A DNA stretch of 64,000 bases from Octopus sinensis (GCF_006345805.1 NC_043014.1:744001-808000); one strand, 5' to 3'; counted from the first letter of the stretch, positions 20,467 to 33,028 are shown. The notes: a model not told the origin generated them from the sequence alone. Numbers and translations are program-made.

Positions 20467-22638
20467 CTGTAAAAAGTAAATAAAAGATACAACTGTATGT
20501 TTGGAGTACATGTTGGATGTGAGTACGTAGAGAGTATTTGTTAGATGAGAGTACAGATGATAGAAGTGCTGTAATGGTTATGTGTTATGTTATTTGATGT
20601 TCGGAGGAGAAATGTTGATGTCTTTTGTGGTTACAGAGTGAGTAAGTCTGTTCAAATGACTACTTAATATATATATTTGTTTATTTGAAGCCTCACAATG
20701 TCGCTACTCTGAGTTTTCCATTTTTTATTCTTCACATTATTTTCTTCGCAGTGAAGAACGGAAATGAAAAACGTGACGAAGTGAAATCCCAGCTTGGAAT
20801 CCATGAATAAACTCTGCTACATATTTTGAGTCAGTTTCTTCTCTCATTTGTAACTCTCAACACCTACAACACACACATATATATAGACATATATATATAT
20901 ATATACAATCACATATATACAAATATGCACATGCATATTTATATATTTACACATTTGTACACGCGCGCACATATATATGGCTGTATGGTTTTGGGTTCAG
21001 TTCCTCTGGTATCTTTGGTAACCATCTTCTACAAACAGTAATGTTTGTTTGCAATCTTCTACACAAGGAGGAAAACATTATTTGATGAAGGTTGGTGACA
21101 GAAAGAGCACCCAGCTGCAGAACATCTGCTTTCATGAATCCTGTTTAATCAATGTAAACATGGAAAGATAGACATTACAACAATGATGATGATGATGATG
21201 ATCACACATACAAACAATATATGTGTGATGATGATGATGATGGCTGCAACAAGATTTCAAGTAATGCCATTGCTCTCTTAAAACAGCCCAGATGTGGTCT
21301 TTTTGTCCTTTTAGACTCCTACACTTTTTTCGTACAGACGTGGCAATGATGGGCACCTCTTGCAGCAGGTGTTCATAGTTACCACCTTCACTGACACATT
21401 GAAATTCATTGAGTGTTTGCTTTTTTTTCTTTGGCTATGGTCAGCCATTGGATGTAACACACAGCAAAGGTGTCAAAAGTCAAGGTGAGAAAAGGCCTTG
21501 CACAGAGCTGATTCCATTTGCCTAAAAAGAACTAATCTACTTCATTCAATGCAAGTTGCAGGTGTTACATCAGAGTTTGCTTCTCCTGAGAGATGTTGAA
21601 AGATGAGGGGTTTCTCAGTGGTCATCACTGAGTTTGTGTCCTTTGACAAGTTTTGTTTTTCATATTGCAGGGTCTTCGACTAAAGGCCAGTTTCATCGCT
21701 GTCAGCCTCGACTAGCTTCCATGTGTGTGTAGCATTTAAAGCAGCCACATCTGGCCCAAACATGTTCAAACCAGTCAGATCCAGTCTCTCACACCTACTC
21801 TATAATGGCATTGTAAAGATGACATCAAAATCTTAAAAACTTTTGAGATAATCCAGGATTAAATGAAAACAATAAGCTTCACACCTTTGACAGAATAATC
21901 CGAGGAAGACGATGAAAGTTGAATTGTCCTCCACCGGTCAATGATTTATGAGTGGATAACAAAAGCAGAGCCAGGCTGCACCACCAGCCTCTTGACCGGC
22001 CAATTACAGCCAGAAATACAAGTTTTAACATCTTGCTTAGCGATTCTCTTGTCCAAAATATAAGAAATTTGAAAAATTAAATTTTTGGTTCTCTATTTGA
22101 GAGAATCAAACATTTTCCACACAAAATATATTTGTGAAACAGGAGTAGGTTCTTTGATTCTTGTATGTGTTTCAGCCAGGTGGCTGTGGTCATGCTGGAG
22201 CACCAGTTTGTATTCTGGCAAATATGGTCATTGGTCCTACTATGGCTAACTGGAATTTATAAATACACTCAATATCTGCTTTACCATGTACACACGTTTC
22301 ACACACGTTTATAATTCTAAGAGAAGAATCATCTAGCACCTTGGCCTTTAGAGACTCTTTCAATATCAATCCATGTGCATTATTATAGACTGAGGCCGAC
22401 TTCAGGAGTCAATAAAATAAGTACCAGTCAGATACTGGGGCTGATGCAATCGACTGGTCCCTTGTCCTTACAAAAGTATTTCCGGCCTTGTGCTTATAGA
22501 AGAAAGGGGGCTGGGAGATGAGTGAAGCTAAGTAAAATCATCCAGAAATAGATAAGCGAGTCTCTATAATAGAATTCTGTTTGGCCATAGTGATACCACA
22601 ATAGTCATGCATTCATATAAAAAGATTAACCGTCTGAC

Positions 22639-22710
22639 CTGTTGTTGATTAACCAATTTGTCGTCTGATGCCGGCAATTCTGTGTTGTAACCGAGATCTT
22701 GAGACACAAC
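22639..22710 (-). CDS. C8orf76: C8orf76-like exon 8 (VVSQDLGYNTELPASDDKLVNQQQ)
   Basis: Acceptor tattttcttctccag|, donor CAG|gtcaga; 72 nt, phase 0->0. VVSQDL resembles VMGEDI. Confidence 0.75.
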
Positions 22711-22992
22711 CTGGAGAAGAAAATATAGAACATGATGAATAATGAGAGATTAAAGATTAATCAGTTACAACCAAAAAAGCAGACATTTTAAGGGTCAGTT
22801 TCAGGATATGATGTGAAGGATTTGAACCTAGAATGTGGAGGGTTACTCAACTTGCTGGTGCCAGGAGAAAATGCAACAAGCATGCTGTAAAATGGTTTGT
22901 GACAGGAAGAGCCTCCTGCCAAATGATGAGTAGTTCTAAGAAATGGTCCCATACCAGCATAAAAAGCAGACATGATGCTGATGGTGATGATG

Positions 22993-23358
22993 ACCAATCA
23001 GGCTGTATTGTCCCCCTCTGTGTTTGGGCCCTTGTGGCTAATAAAGAAATTGGATGTAAAAGAAAATGTTCAAAGAAAGATGGTTGCGAAGGTGCTGGGA
23101 ATGAAAGATTCCTCGTGAACATGTCATAAGTCTGGATACAAAGGTTCCAGTAGAAGAATGGGGCCCGTGGGGTCAGAGGGTAACCCATCTCTCTGCCCCA
23201 TCTCATGTTTCTATTTTGTCCTTGTATCTCATTCGATTTCGTTATATTTTGTAAAATTTTAAAAGTCATATAATCATTGTGTGTCTGACCCCAATCAGGC
23301 TGTATTGTCCCCATCTATATTTGGGCCCTTGTGGCTAATAAAGAAACTGGATGTAAAG
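22993..23358 (+). mobile_element. Putative L1/Tx1-like 3' end with duplicated 3' terminus
   Basis: caatcaggctgtattgtcccc...ggcccttgtggctaataaagaaa.tggatgtaaa occurs at about 22995 and about 23292; FKERW-like ORF end in between. Confidence 0.5.
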
Positions 23359-23599
23359 TGAACATCAATGGGATGGAAACGGCAACCTACAGCTTTGATA
23401 ATGTAGCTTCAGAGTGGGGTCAGGGTTAAAATAAGAGGTGAAGAGATCGAGAGGCAGGAACGTCTTGATACTACGGGGCTCCACTGCTGGACTCTGCATC
23501 AAAACCCTTCAGTTTCTCCCTCCACAGAAACTGAATCCTAGTCTTTGAAAACATCAATGATCCTCATAAAAGACGAGGTGTGTAGTGAAACTGCAGTAG

Positions 23600-25250
23600 A
23601 TAAGGCTGGAGGTATCGTGAAATAAGTATTTTTTTGGTCCCATGGTCTAGTTTCAAGAAGATGGCCATGTCAGTTCCATTTCTCAGAAAGAGCAATCATC
23701 TACTCCTGCCATAAATCCTCCTCTTCCAAAAAGTTGAGGGATCTACCAAAAGGGAAAGTCTCTGTCCTTGTGCCTTTCAACCTCATCCATCAGACAACCT
23801 TTTGCAATTGCCACCAGGCAAAAACTGCCTTACCATCCCATGGAGGGGGCGATCATCACCATGGACTTGCTTGATAGATCTGTCTCAAATGCAACAGCAG
23901 CTGTAAAACAAAACCCAGCAATGCTCAAACACTGAACAAGCGCTTACAGAACAGTTTTGTTGCTCTATGCGCATCTCGGACAAGCACATCCGTGCCGATA
24001 GAATTTGGCTTGAATCGGAAGCACTACCAGGCCAAAGACATCAGGAAGTTACCCCGTGATGGTCCCTGACCAGAAAATCCTCTCAAGTGCACGCTTTGGG
24101 CACTCACAGTCTGTGTGTTGCAAATGTGCGGGTACAACAAACACCAAAAATGCTCAGACAATAGGCTCCCTCAAATGCTCAGGGGGTTGTTAGAAGTAGT
24201 AGATAGCTTCTGTTACCTAGGAGACCGAGTTAGCAGTGGTGGAAGAAGTTCTGAGAGTGTAATTAAGGCATAATAACAGGCTGGGCAAAGTTCAAGGAGC
24301 TTCGACTTTTGTTGGTAAGTAAAGGCCTCTCCCTCAGTGAAAGGTAAATTGTATGATGCCTGTGTCTGTACATGTTACATGTTACATGACAGTGAAGCTT
24401 GGGCTCTGACTCCAGAGGACTTGCGAAGGCTTGAAAGAAATGAAGCTAGCATGTTCTGCTGGATGGATAATGTCAGTGTGGATGCAAGACAGAGCGTAAA
24501 TGATTTAAGAGGAAAGCTGGGTATAAGAAGCATCAGATGTTGCGTGCAAGAGAGAAGAGTGTGCTGGTTTGGTCATGCAGTATGTATGGATGAGGACAGC
24601 TGCAGAAAGAAGTGCCAAGCCCTAATTGTGAAGGGAACCTGTGGAAGGGGTTGATCTATGAAGTGGTGAGAAAGAATCCTCAGACGCTGGGCCTCACTAA
24701 GGGACTGGGAGATAATGGCAATTCCTTGTACTTGATCCCCGTCTTCCACGCTTACAGAGGCTCGGCCTTTCAGTTGCTGGTGCCATTTCAAAAGCACCCG
24801 TGCCAGTGGCACATAAAAATGGCCCCACACTAAGTGGTTGACGTTAGGAAGGACATCCAGCCATAGAAAACATGTCAAACCATCCAACCCATGCCAACAT
24901 GGAAAGCGGATGTCAAACGATGAAGACTGGGGCATCCACTGATCCCTTTTACTCGATTGTGGGGGCTGCAAGTGCCTGATGATACTCAGGGGGCCAGTCT
25001 CAATCTTTCCTTCATCCAAGACTGCAGATTTGTCACAGGAACGAACCCCACACACATCTGGCATGGAGGAATCACTGCAGGGGCCACAACTCGAATGCAT
25101 GTCTATGCATCAGAGGTGACAGTGTGCCTCAATGCAGAGGATGTTGACTGACGACTGGAACGTGTCCTTCCCACAGGAGAATAAGTAACAGACGTTCCAA
25201 GTGGTGGCCAACACAAGGCATGACGGTCAGGCGATAGAATTCTAATGAAA
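23600..25250 (-). mobile_element. Degenerate Tx1/L1-like ORF2 C-terminal region, interrupted by an RTE insertion
   Basis: Frameshifted minus-strand peptides LERLLLILLWEGHVP, SLAW*C, SPPPWDGKAVF and RLKGTRTETF on both sides of the RTE copy. Confidence 0.45.
24110..24925 (+). mobile_element. RTE LINE 3' fragment
   Basis: LEVVDSFCYLG, KGKLYDACV...WFGHAVCMDEDSC and the 3' UTR. Confidence 0.85.
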
Positions 25251-25752
25251 GCAATGTAGGCATTAAAAATAAAATAGGAAACCTGTCCCTACAAGAGATT
25301 TAGAAAACAATGCTGACCGGCACTGGACACCTTAAGAAGGAATCATCATCATCATCATCACCAGCTGACAAAAACCATTTAATGTCATGTTTATGTCGTC
25401 ATGGTGACAGCTGATTGTTAAATGTGCATCTTAGGAATCAGGATGACACTTGGCAAGATGTGGGGAAATGAAGGATTCAAAGGATCTTTGATAACAAGAA
25501 TAATCCTTTCTTCTATAGACACAGGGCCTGAAATATTTTTGTGGGGACAGAGAACGAGTCAATTGCATGAAACCCAGGGTCTGATTGGTACTTATTTTAC
25601 TGACCCCGAAAAGATGAAAGGCAAAAATCAACCTTGCTGGAAATTGAACTCAGAATGCAAAGACAGACAAAATACTTCAAAGCATTTTGTCTGATGTGCC
25701 AACAATTCTGCCAGCTTCCACCTTACGCAACGGTAATAAAATATTGACCAAC

Positions 25753-25812
25753 CTCTTTGATTGTAGTCGTGATTGATTTGCCAATCTGGAATTGTTCAAT
25801 TGCTGAATTGAC
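25753..25812 (-). CDS. C8orf76: C8orf76-like exon 7 (VNSAIEQFQIGKSITTTIKE)
   Basis: Acceptor tttctttcatttccag|, donor GAG|gttggt; 60 nt, phase 0->0. Confidence 0.75.
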
Positions 25813-26025
25813 CTGGAAATGAAAGAAATATTTGAAACGAAATTTAAAATTTTTAAATTTACAATTTGTCATTTGTTATCCTCTCGTAACATCTTCTGGT
25901 TCAATGGGAGGACAAAGGGACAAAGGGAGCTGTTGCATTTTGTGGCAGTGGGGTTCAAACCAGTAGAGAGAGAGAAGGAAGAGCATCCGGGTGTAAAAAC
26001 TCCCAACCAGAAAAACAAACATTAA

Positions 26026-27068
26026 CCCTTTCGTTACCAAACCGCCCAAAGCCGCCCGAAAAAAATTTTGGTTAATGTGACCAAACCCGTCCGAATTTAC
26101 CTATTCATATTTAAATGAGAATATCAGAGCAAATCTCTTTAGTACATTCGTGAAAACACGTGATTATGCTTCGTAAACAGTTCATCTACAGTTTTGTACA
26201 AAGATCGACGTGTAATTTTAATTCCCTGAATTTTGGGAGATTTTTTTCCACATTTTTTTCGGCATCGATTTTTCTTCAACTTTGAAAATAGATAGGAATT
26301 TCATGTTATCAAGCATTGATTCCGAATTGGAAAATTTGTGAAACAAATACTGGGTACTGTTGTGGATTTAGTTTTTATACAGGGAAACTAATGTTAGTCA
26401 GCATGGCTTAGGGTATGATGTGGTCTGGAAGTTATTGTTTGAAGCGATCAATGCGGAAACAAACTTACGCAGAATGTAAACAAACACAAAATGGGGGTTC
26501 AAATTTCGGAAAATTTGTGAAGCAAATACTGAGTACTGTTGTGGATTTAGTTTTTATACAGGGAAAATAATGTTAGTCAGCATGGCCTAGGGAACAATGT
26601 GGTCTGGAATTTATCACTTCCATACCATAACCAGGGCTGTATATTATTTTTTGATCGATTTCTTTAGGTCGGTCAAACTTGCGGTGGATTCCAATATTAC
26701 AGTTTATTCCACCTTTATGGTACACCTGTTGTGCATTAAATTCAACTGATGATATAGTGATGTGCACAATTCTTCTTTATCAAAATTTTGTTGCATACCC
26801 ATTTGAATATTAGCTGATGATTCATTTTCCATGGTGATGTTTAAACAAAATTTTAATATTTACCTGTAATTAAAGTCACTTTAAAAGTTATGCAATAGAA
26901 TTGATTAAGAACCCTTTCTTTAATTATGTTCCAAATATCACATTAATATGTTGATAAGTAAAAAAGTTACAGTTATTTAATGAAACAAGCCTAGATTCAT
27001 GATTATTTTAGAATTTAATTGAAACTCATGAGGGGTGTATTTTGGTCGGAAATATAGTAACGAAAGGG
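26026..27068. mobile_element. piggyBac-like non-autonomous element
   Basis: TTAA|CCCTTTCGTTAC ... GTAACGAAAGGG|TTCA (12-bp TIR, TTAA-type target); internal direct repeat of about 100 bp at 26328/26508. Confidence 0.8.
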
Positions 27069-27250
27069 TTCAACCAGACAAAGGATGTCGGTCTAAATTC
27101 TGAGGAATTTCACCAGAAAACACAGAATATTTTTTGGAAAAACAAGAAAACATGCATCGTCTTTAAAACAAAATGTAATATTTTGGGGAGACGGAAGAAT
27201 TGCAGGCACAGAATTGAGAAACGGGGAAAAGCTTAAAATATTTGACTTAC

Positions 27251-27323
27251 CTTGTTAAATAATGTTTTATGGCGTTTCTTAACAAAAGATGAAGTTGTCT
27301 TCAGGGTGTGCATCAGTAAGGAG
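27251..27323 (-). CDS. C8orf76: C8orf76-like exon 6 (SLLMHTLKTTSSFVKKRHKTLFNK)
   Basis: Acceptor ttttcccttccgtcag|, donor AAG|gtaagt; 73 nt, phase 2->0. Resembles RLLLQFTQPQQTSFALERN. Confidence 0.87.
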
Positions 27324-28464
27324 CTGACGGAAGGGAAAATGTGAAATAAATTTATGTTGTTTCCAGTTTAGAAATTAAAACAAAACCCAAAAGTTTTCAA
27401 CATTTCAATGATGACAATTGATACTCATGATTCTACGACTGATATTGCTGCTGCTGCTACTACTACTACTAATAATAATAATGGTTTCAAATTTTGCCAC
27501 AAGGGCAGCAAATTTGAGGGAAGGGATGAGTTGATTATATTGACCCCAGTGGGGTACTTATTTTATCTACCCCGAAAGGGATGAAAGGCAAAGTCAACCT
27601 CAGTGGAATTCGAACCCAGAATGTAGCGATGGGCGAAATACCGCTAGGCATTTCATCCAGCAGGCTAACGACTCTGCCAGCTCGTTGCCTTACTACTACT
27701 ACTACTACTACTACTACTAATAATAATAATAATAGTAGTAATAATAATAATAATAATAATAATCCTCTCTACAATAGGCACAATGCCTGAAATTTTGAGG
27801 GAGGGGGCCAGTCAATTACGTCAACTCCAGTACTTATTGACCCTGGAAGGAAAAAAGGCAAAGTGAACTTCAATGGAATTTGAACTCAGAATGTAAAAAA
27901 GCCAGGAGGTCACTATTGGTTCTGCCATTTCACCTCCTTTTGCTGCAAATAACAACAACAGAAATTGTTCCAAATGTTGACAAAAGGTGAGCAACAGTCC
28001 TGGTATTCCTAAAAAAGAATGTACCAGATGCAAGGTGCATCTCACCTGTGTAAATAATAGGCAGCTTGTAAAACTGACCATCATCCTCATCATCATCAGA
28101 ATCCAATTTGCAACATCTGCTTTTCCATGTTTGCAATGGTCAAAGTAGAGTTTGTTTAAAGCAGAGTTTCCTATGGCCCATTCCTGTGGCCCCTTCCTGT
28201 TGCCGTGCCATCACTTTGTTTCCAAGCAATGACCTCCCCTGTCTAATTGAACAACAAACAACCTGGAGAGGTTTCATGTCGAGAACGGAAGACAAACGGA
28301 ATCGTTTGAAGGAGACTTTTTCTATGCAAAGATTGCAACGGAAAGAAGTCGGGACCTGTTGGGGGACTTTAAGTAAACGACACTGTCAGGAAGTCACTGT
28401 TTACAAAACAGAGAATGCAGAGGAAAGACAAACTCATGCACACATATATACACATATATATAAG

Positions 28465-29821
28465 AATCCATCCGAACATGGCCGTAGTCAGTACCGCATC
28501 ATTGGCCATCGTGCCGTGGGCACATAACAAACACCATCCGGTCGTGGCCGTTCGCCAGCCTCATCTAGCACCTGTGTCGGTGGCACATAAAAACACCATC
28601 CGAAGACCCGGCAAGACTAGTCAGGCCATAACCCATGGCCCCTACCTGGGACATAGTCAGTCCACCTGTGCATACCTTCCTTCTTGTGACACTTGTGAAG
28701 ACCTGTTGAGGCAAGTGAAAATCAAAATCAAAACAAATCAAAATAGATGAACATCAATGGAATCTGTATCTTTGTGGTACCAGTGCCGGTGGCACACAAG
28801 AGAACCATCCGAACGTGGCCGTAGCCAGTTCCGCATCGACCGGCCTCCGTGCTGTGGGCACGTAACAAACACCATCCGATCATGGCCGTTCGCCAGCCTC
28901 ATCTGGCACCTGTGTCGGTGGCACATAAAAAACACCTTCCGAAGACCCGGCAAGACTAGTCAGTCCACCTGTGCATACCTTCCTTCTTGTGACACTTGTG
29001 AAGACCGGTTGAGGCAAGTGAAAATCAAATCAAATCAAATCAAAATAGACAAAATAGATGAACATCAATGGAATTTGTATCTTGTGGTACCAGTGCCTGT
29101 GGCACACAAGAAATCCATCAGTGCTGTAGTCAGTGCGGTGGGCACATCACAAACACCATCCGATCGTGGCCGTTCGCCAGCCTCATCTAGCACCTGTGTC
29201 GGTGGCACATAAAAACACCATCCGAAGACCCGGCAAGACTAGTCAGGCCATAACCCATGGCCCCTACCTGGGACGTAGTCAGTCCACCTGTGCATACCTT
29301 CCTTCTTGTGACACTTGTGAAGACCTGTTGAGGCAAGTGAAAATCAAAACAAATCAAAATAGATGAACATCAATGGAATTTGTATCTTTGTGGTACCAGT
29401 GCCGGTGGCACACAAGAAAACCATCCGAACGTGGCCGTAGCCAGTACCGCATCGACTGGCCTCCGTGCTGTGGGCACGTAACAAGCACCATCCGATCGTG
29501 GCCGTTCGCCAGCCTCATCTGGCACCTGTGTCGGTGGCACATAAAAACACCATCCGAGCGTGGCCGTCTGCCAGCCTCGTCTGGCACCTGTGTCGGTGGC
29601 ACATAAAAAACACCATCCGAGCGTGGCCGTTTGCCAGCCTCGTCTGGCACCTGTGTCGGTGGCACATAAAATCACCCACTACACTCTCGGAGTGGTTGGC
29701 GTTAGGAAGGGCATCCAGCTGTAGAAACACTGCCAGATCTGACTGGACTGGTGCAGCTTTCGGGCTCCCCAGACCCCAGTTGAACCGTCCAACCCATGCT
29801 AGCATGGAAAGCGGATGTTAA

Positions 29822-29853
<32 letters not shown>
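28465..29853 (+). mobile_element. RTE 3' UTR multimer with nested ~60-bp subrepeats
   Basis: The block cagtccacctgtgcataccttccttcttgtgacacttgtgaagacc recurs at about 28658, 28961 and 29280; a single terminal (TGA)n tail. Confidence 0.85.
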
Positions 29854-29910
29854 ACACACATGGGCTTGGACTTTTGTGAACAGTTTTAGGACAGAAACGG
29901 TTCTACTTAC

Positions 29911-30274
29911 GAACATCGATGAAGACAAGTTAGATATTTCAAAAGCGTGGCATCTGGTTGTGGACTGTTGTGGTGGTCAGCTGTAGATGGGGTCTCTGTC
30001 TGTGGACAGTTGTGAAGGTCCTTGACCTCTGGCAGTAGACTATTGTGGTGGTCAGTTCTACATGTGGCCACTGGTTGTACACAGTTGTGGTGGCCAGTTG
30101 TGGATGTGGTCTCTAGCTGTGGACTGATGTGATGGTCAGTGACATGTGGGTGTAGACTATTGCAGTGGTCAGTTGTAGCCGCAGCCTCTGGTGAATAACA
30201 GTTGGTCAAAGCCATCCAAAAGTGGACATTGACCGGATGAAGCAGCAGCAAATTATGCAGGACTTTCTTGTTTT
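29911..30274 (-). CDS. C8orf76: C8orf76-like exon 5 (ENKKVLHNLLLLHPVNVHFWMALTNCY...His-rich repeat...LLKYLTCLHRCS)
   Basis: Acceptor cattggtcacag|, donor TTC|gtaagt; 364 nt, phase 1->2. LLLLHPVNVHFW resembles LISLHPFNPWNW. Confidence 0.88.
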
Positions 30275-30639
30275 CTGTGACCAATGGACAAATGGAAGAA
30301 ATAGAGACGAGCCAAAGGGGAAACTGTGTGTGAGTGTGTGTGTGTATATATATATATTGTTTCTTTGATGTCACATAAAACAATTGCCAGCCTGGAAGGT
30401 GGATGTTAAACGATGATGATGCTTCAAATGAAGACTGACACCATACATTTTAGTAGAGAACATATTTATTAACTTTGGCAAGGAAAATGATGTCATATAT
30501 TTATATATTTCTGTTTTGGAATATTCCAGAACAGAATTATTTCGGGTTTTCTCAAAAGTTTATCAAATTCTTATGATGTCATCAATATTGTAGAACTGTA
30601 AAGCCCTGCCCAAAGCAGACCCTGCCAGTGCTATCATCC

Positions 30640-31560
30640 TCATCATCATCATCCTTTATGCTGGCATGGGTTGGATGGTTCGACTGAGGACTGGCAAGCC
30701 AGGAGGTTGCACCATGCTCCAATCTGATTTGGCAAGGTTTCTAAAGCTGGATGCCCTTCCTAGTGCCAACCACTCCGAGTGTAGAGGGTACTTTTATATG
30801 CCACCAGCCTGGGAGCCAATCAGGCGGCACCAGCATTGGTTATGACTATGATGTCATTTGGCTTGCTGGGTCTTCTCATGCACAGCATGTCTCCAAAGGT
30901 CTCGGTCACTGGTCACTGTCTCTGTGAAGCCCAACATCCAAAGAACATGCTTCACCACCTCATCCCAGGTCTTCTTAGGTCTACCTCTTCCACAGGTTCC
31001 CTCTACTGTTAGAGTGTGATACTTTTTTACACAGCTGTTCTCATCCATACGCAACACATAACCATACCAGCGCAGTCGTCTCTCTTGCACACCACATCTG
31101 ATGCTTCTTAGGTCAATCTTTTCTCTCAGGACGCTTACACTCTGTCATCTATGCACACCGACATTACGCATCCAGTGGATCATACAAGCTTCATTTCTTT
31201 CAAGCCTATGTACGCCCATGTTTCCCTGCCATGTAGCATCATACAGTCTACTTTTCATTCAGAGTGAGAGGCCCTTTGTTACTAGCAAAGGTAGAAGCTC
31301 TCTGAACTTTGCCCAGTCTGTTCTTACTCTAGCAGTTACACTCTTAGAGCAACACCTAGGTAATGGAAGCTATCAACTACTTCTATTTTCCCCCCTGGCA
31401 TGTGATAGAATCTGTTTTCTGTACATTTTCAGTGTTTATTGCACCTGTGCATCTGCCGCACACAAAACCTTTTCAGTGAGCCTTCCTCTGACATTGCTGC
31501 ACCTCTTCTGTGTCCAGAGCTTACACCAGGTACATCTTATGGATGTTCTACATGCTTATT
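30640..31560 (-). mobile_element. RTE LINE 3' fragment
   Basis: ORF 30854-31090 (RRLRWYGYVLRMDENSC...GRGRPKKTW), 3' UTR and a degenerate PHD-like region. Confidence 0.88.
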
Positions 31561-32064
31561 TTACATGTACAATTTTGTAACTCCAATTGAGAAATGAAAC
31601 CTATATAATTATAAAAAGCACCCAGCACACTCTGCTGGGTGGTTGGCATGTTAGGAAGGGCATTGAGCTGTAGAAATGATATGAAAGGAGAGAGTGAGGT
31701 CCCTAAGCTAACTGCTGCTATCAAACCATCCACCCATGCCAGCATGGAAAATGGACAATAAACCATGATGTCACACATTGTTGGTTCACTGGTTGTTCAT
31801 TTGTATCATAAAGAGGGCAAGATCTTGTTGCCATGACATTTGTCATCCTTATCATCACACACACACAACAAACTTTTTTTTCCCCAATTCCATCTCCCAG
31901 GTTCTTTCACAAGGTCAACTGGTGACGATAGTAGAGAACACCAGCTGACAATGTCCATACCGTGGGACTGAACCTGTAACCAAACAGTTCTGAAACAAAC
32001 TTCCTAGCCACACAGCCATGCCTACATCATCATCATCATCTACATATATATATATATGTGTGGG

Positions 32065-32101
<37 letters not shown>

Positions 32102-32208
32102 ATATTGTATGTGTGTGTGTAATAATAATATTAGGGAGTATAACTCCAAACTTACAGGAAAAAATTCAATTTAATATTAAATCAAATTTCACAGTATAAA
32201 TATATAAA

Positions 32209-32516
32209 ATATGAAATATAAATTAGAGATAAAACCACTCTTATGCAACTCAGTGATAGACATAAACCAATACATAAATGACTAATAATATATATTTTTA
32301 TAAAACATATAACTAGATCTCAAACAGTATAAAAATGAATAATCAATATATAATAAGTAAATATATATTTACTTATTATATATTGATTATTCATTTTTAT
32401 ACTGTTTGAGATCTAGTTATATGTTTTATAAAAATATATATTATTAGTCATTTATGTATTGGTTTATGTCTATCACTGAGTTGCATAAGAGTGGTTTTAT
32501 CTCTAATTTATATTTC

Positions 32517-32520
<4 letters not shown>
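32209..32520. repeat. Perfect 312-bp palindrome (156-bp arms, no spacer)
   Basis: Centre gtaaatat|atatttac at 32364/32365; the arms read as exact reverse complements by eye. Confidence 0.92.
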
Positions 32521-32552
<32 letters not shown>

Positions 32553-32707
32553 ATTTAGGGCTAAAAAACCACAATGTGGACAGCCATATGTTAGAAGAAG
32601 ATCACATACGATCTAACTACAAAGAAAGAATGTTCTCCAGAGAAAATTCAGTGAACACCAGAACATAGGTGGGCAAAACAGATGAAAATTATATAAAATC
32701 AAGAATT

Positions 32708-32783
32708 AATCGTAGACTGGTTTCTTCTATTACCGAATAAATTACTTACGTAATCCTTCGTCCATAGATTCATCAGTACAATT
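32708..32783 (-). ncRNA. Type I minimal hammerhead-ribozyme motif within a Penelope-like repeat (about 32535-32990)
   Basis: AATTGTA-CTGATGA-[stem II capped by GTAA]-GAAAC-CA-GTC-TACGATT; stem I AATTGTA/TACGATT. Confidence 0.7.
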
Positions 32784-32996
32784 GTTCCAAAATCAATATA
32801 ATTTGCAAAACTAAACACCAGTTTTCTGTATAAAACCAGACTCATGCTTAGTTCTACCGATTACATTGGGGTTAATTTCAAATGTCTGAGTTCTGGCGTG
32901 CTAAATTCCGGAAAGAGTTCTGCAGTTAATAATTTACTGCAGTTAATGTTGCCAATTAGAGAACATAATTATTTTAAAATATATTTTATTTTATAT

Positions 32997-33028
<32 letters not shown>

